From the NCBI GenBank assembly GCA_016839765.1, contig JAEOTP010000051.1:1-37187 (forward strand): a stretch of DNA of 37,187 nt, in the 5' to 3' direction. Positions 37,128 through 37,187 of this stretch are shown here, piece after piece. Both the position numbers and the translations under genes were made by a program. The stretch comes from Promethearchaeota archaeon. GTDB taxonomy: Archaea > Asgardarchaeota > Lokiarchaeia > Sigyniarchaeales > SOKP01. Numbering within the stretch: the first letter of the stretch is position 1; every line of letters begins with the position of its first letter. The notes under the pieces were generated by a model. It ran no database searches, was not told the origin of the DNA, and saw only the letters and a list, made by a program, of their open reading frames with translations.

Positions 37128-37187
37128 CAAATAAGATAGTTAAAGATTGGACCGAACCTGGACCCATTTTTACTGAAGAGGAAACAA
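37064..37187 (+). repeat. Exact 59-bp direct repeat, period 65, running to the window end
   Basis: 37064-37122 identical to 37129-37187. Confidence 0.9.

Noticed and set aside
37064-37187. Possible CRISPR array
   Set aside because: Only two copies, 59-bp unit with a 6-bp gap, coding-like content, no cas genes
1-37187. rRNA, tRNA, transposase, integrase or prophage genes
   Set aside because: No GC-rich structured RNA segment or mobile-element protein motif recognised by eye; a covariance-model scan would be needed to exclude small RNAs

Overview
Very AT-rich (roughly 30% GC by eye) archaeal-style DNA with mostly single-gene units and T-tract terminators. Gene content points to an Asgard archaeon, most likely Lokiarchaeia/Promethearchaeota (inference): two Rab-like small GTPases, two longin/roadblock-like proteins, a SET-domain protein and a surface protein with an IPGY-TM-basic (Loki-CTERM-like) tail. 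The rest is accessory metabolism and regulation: M29 aminopeptidase, frameshifted PA/M28 peptidase, two stand-alone E2-type acyltransferases, CoA-transferase, thioesterase, nitroreductase, sulfotransferase, MFS/DMT transporters, several regulators and an MNT-HEPN toxin-antitoxin pair. The top leads are: (1) a single-pass receptor-like protein with a cytoplasmic longin-like domain placed head-to-head with a Rab-like GTPase, with a soluble longin+roadblock-like gene nearby; (2) a membrane-anchored surface protein carrying a 31-Cys (CX)n tandem-repeat segment, flanked by 19-bp direct repeats; (3) an unannotated 44-aa Cys-rich peptide divergent from an HxlR-type regulator that seems to need a non-canonical ATC/ATA start. 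No rRNA, tRNA, CRISPR array or transposase was recognised. All family calls are from motif recognition by eye; no searches were run.
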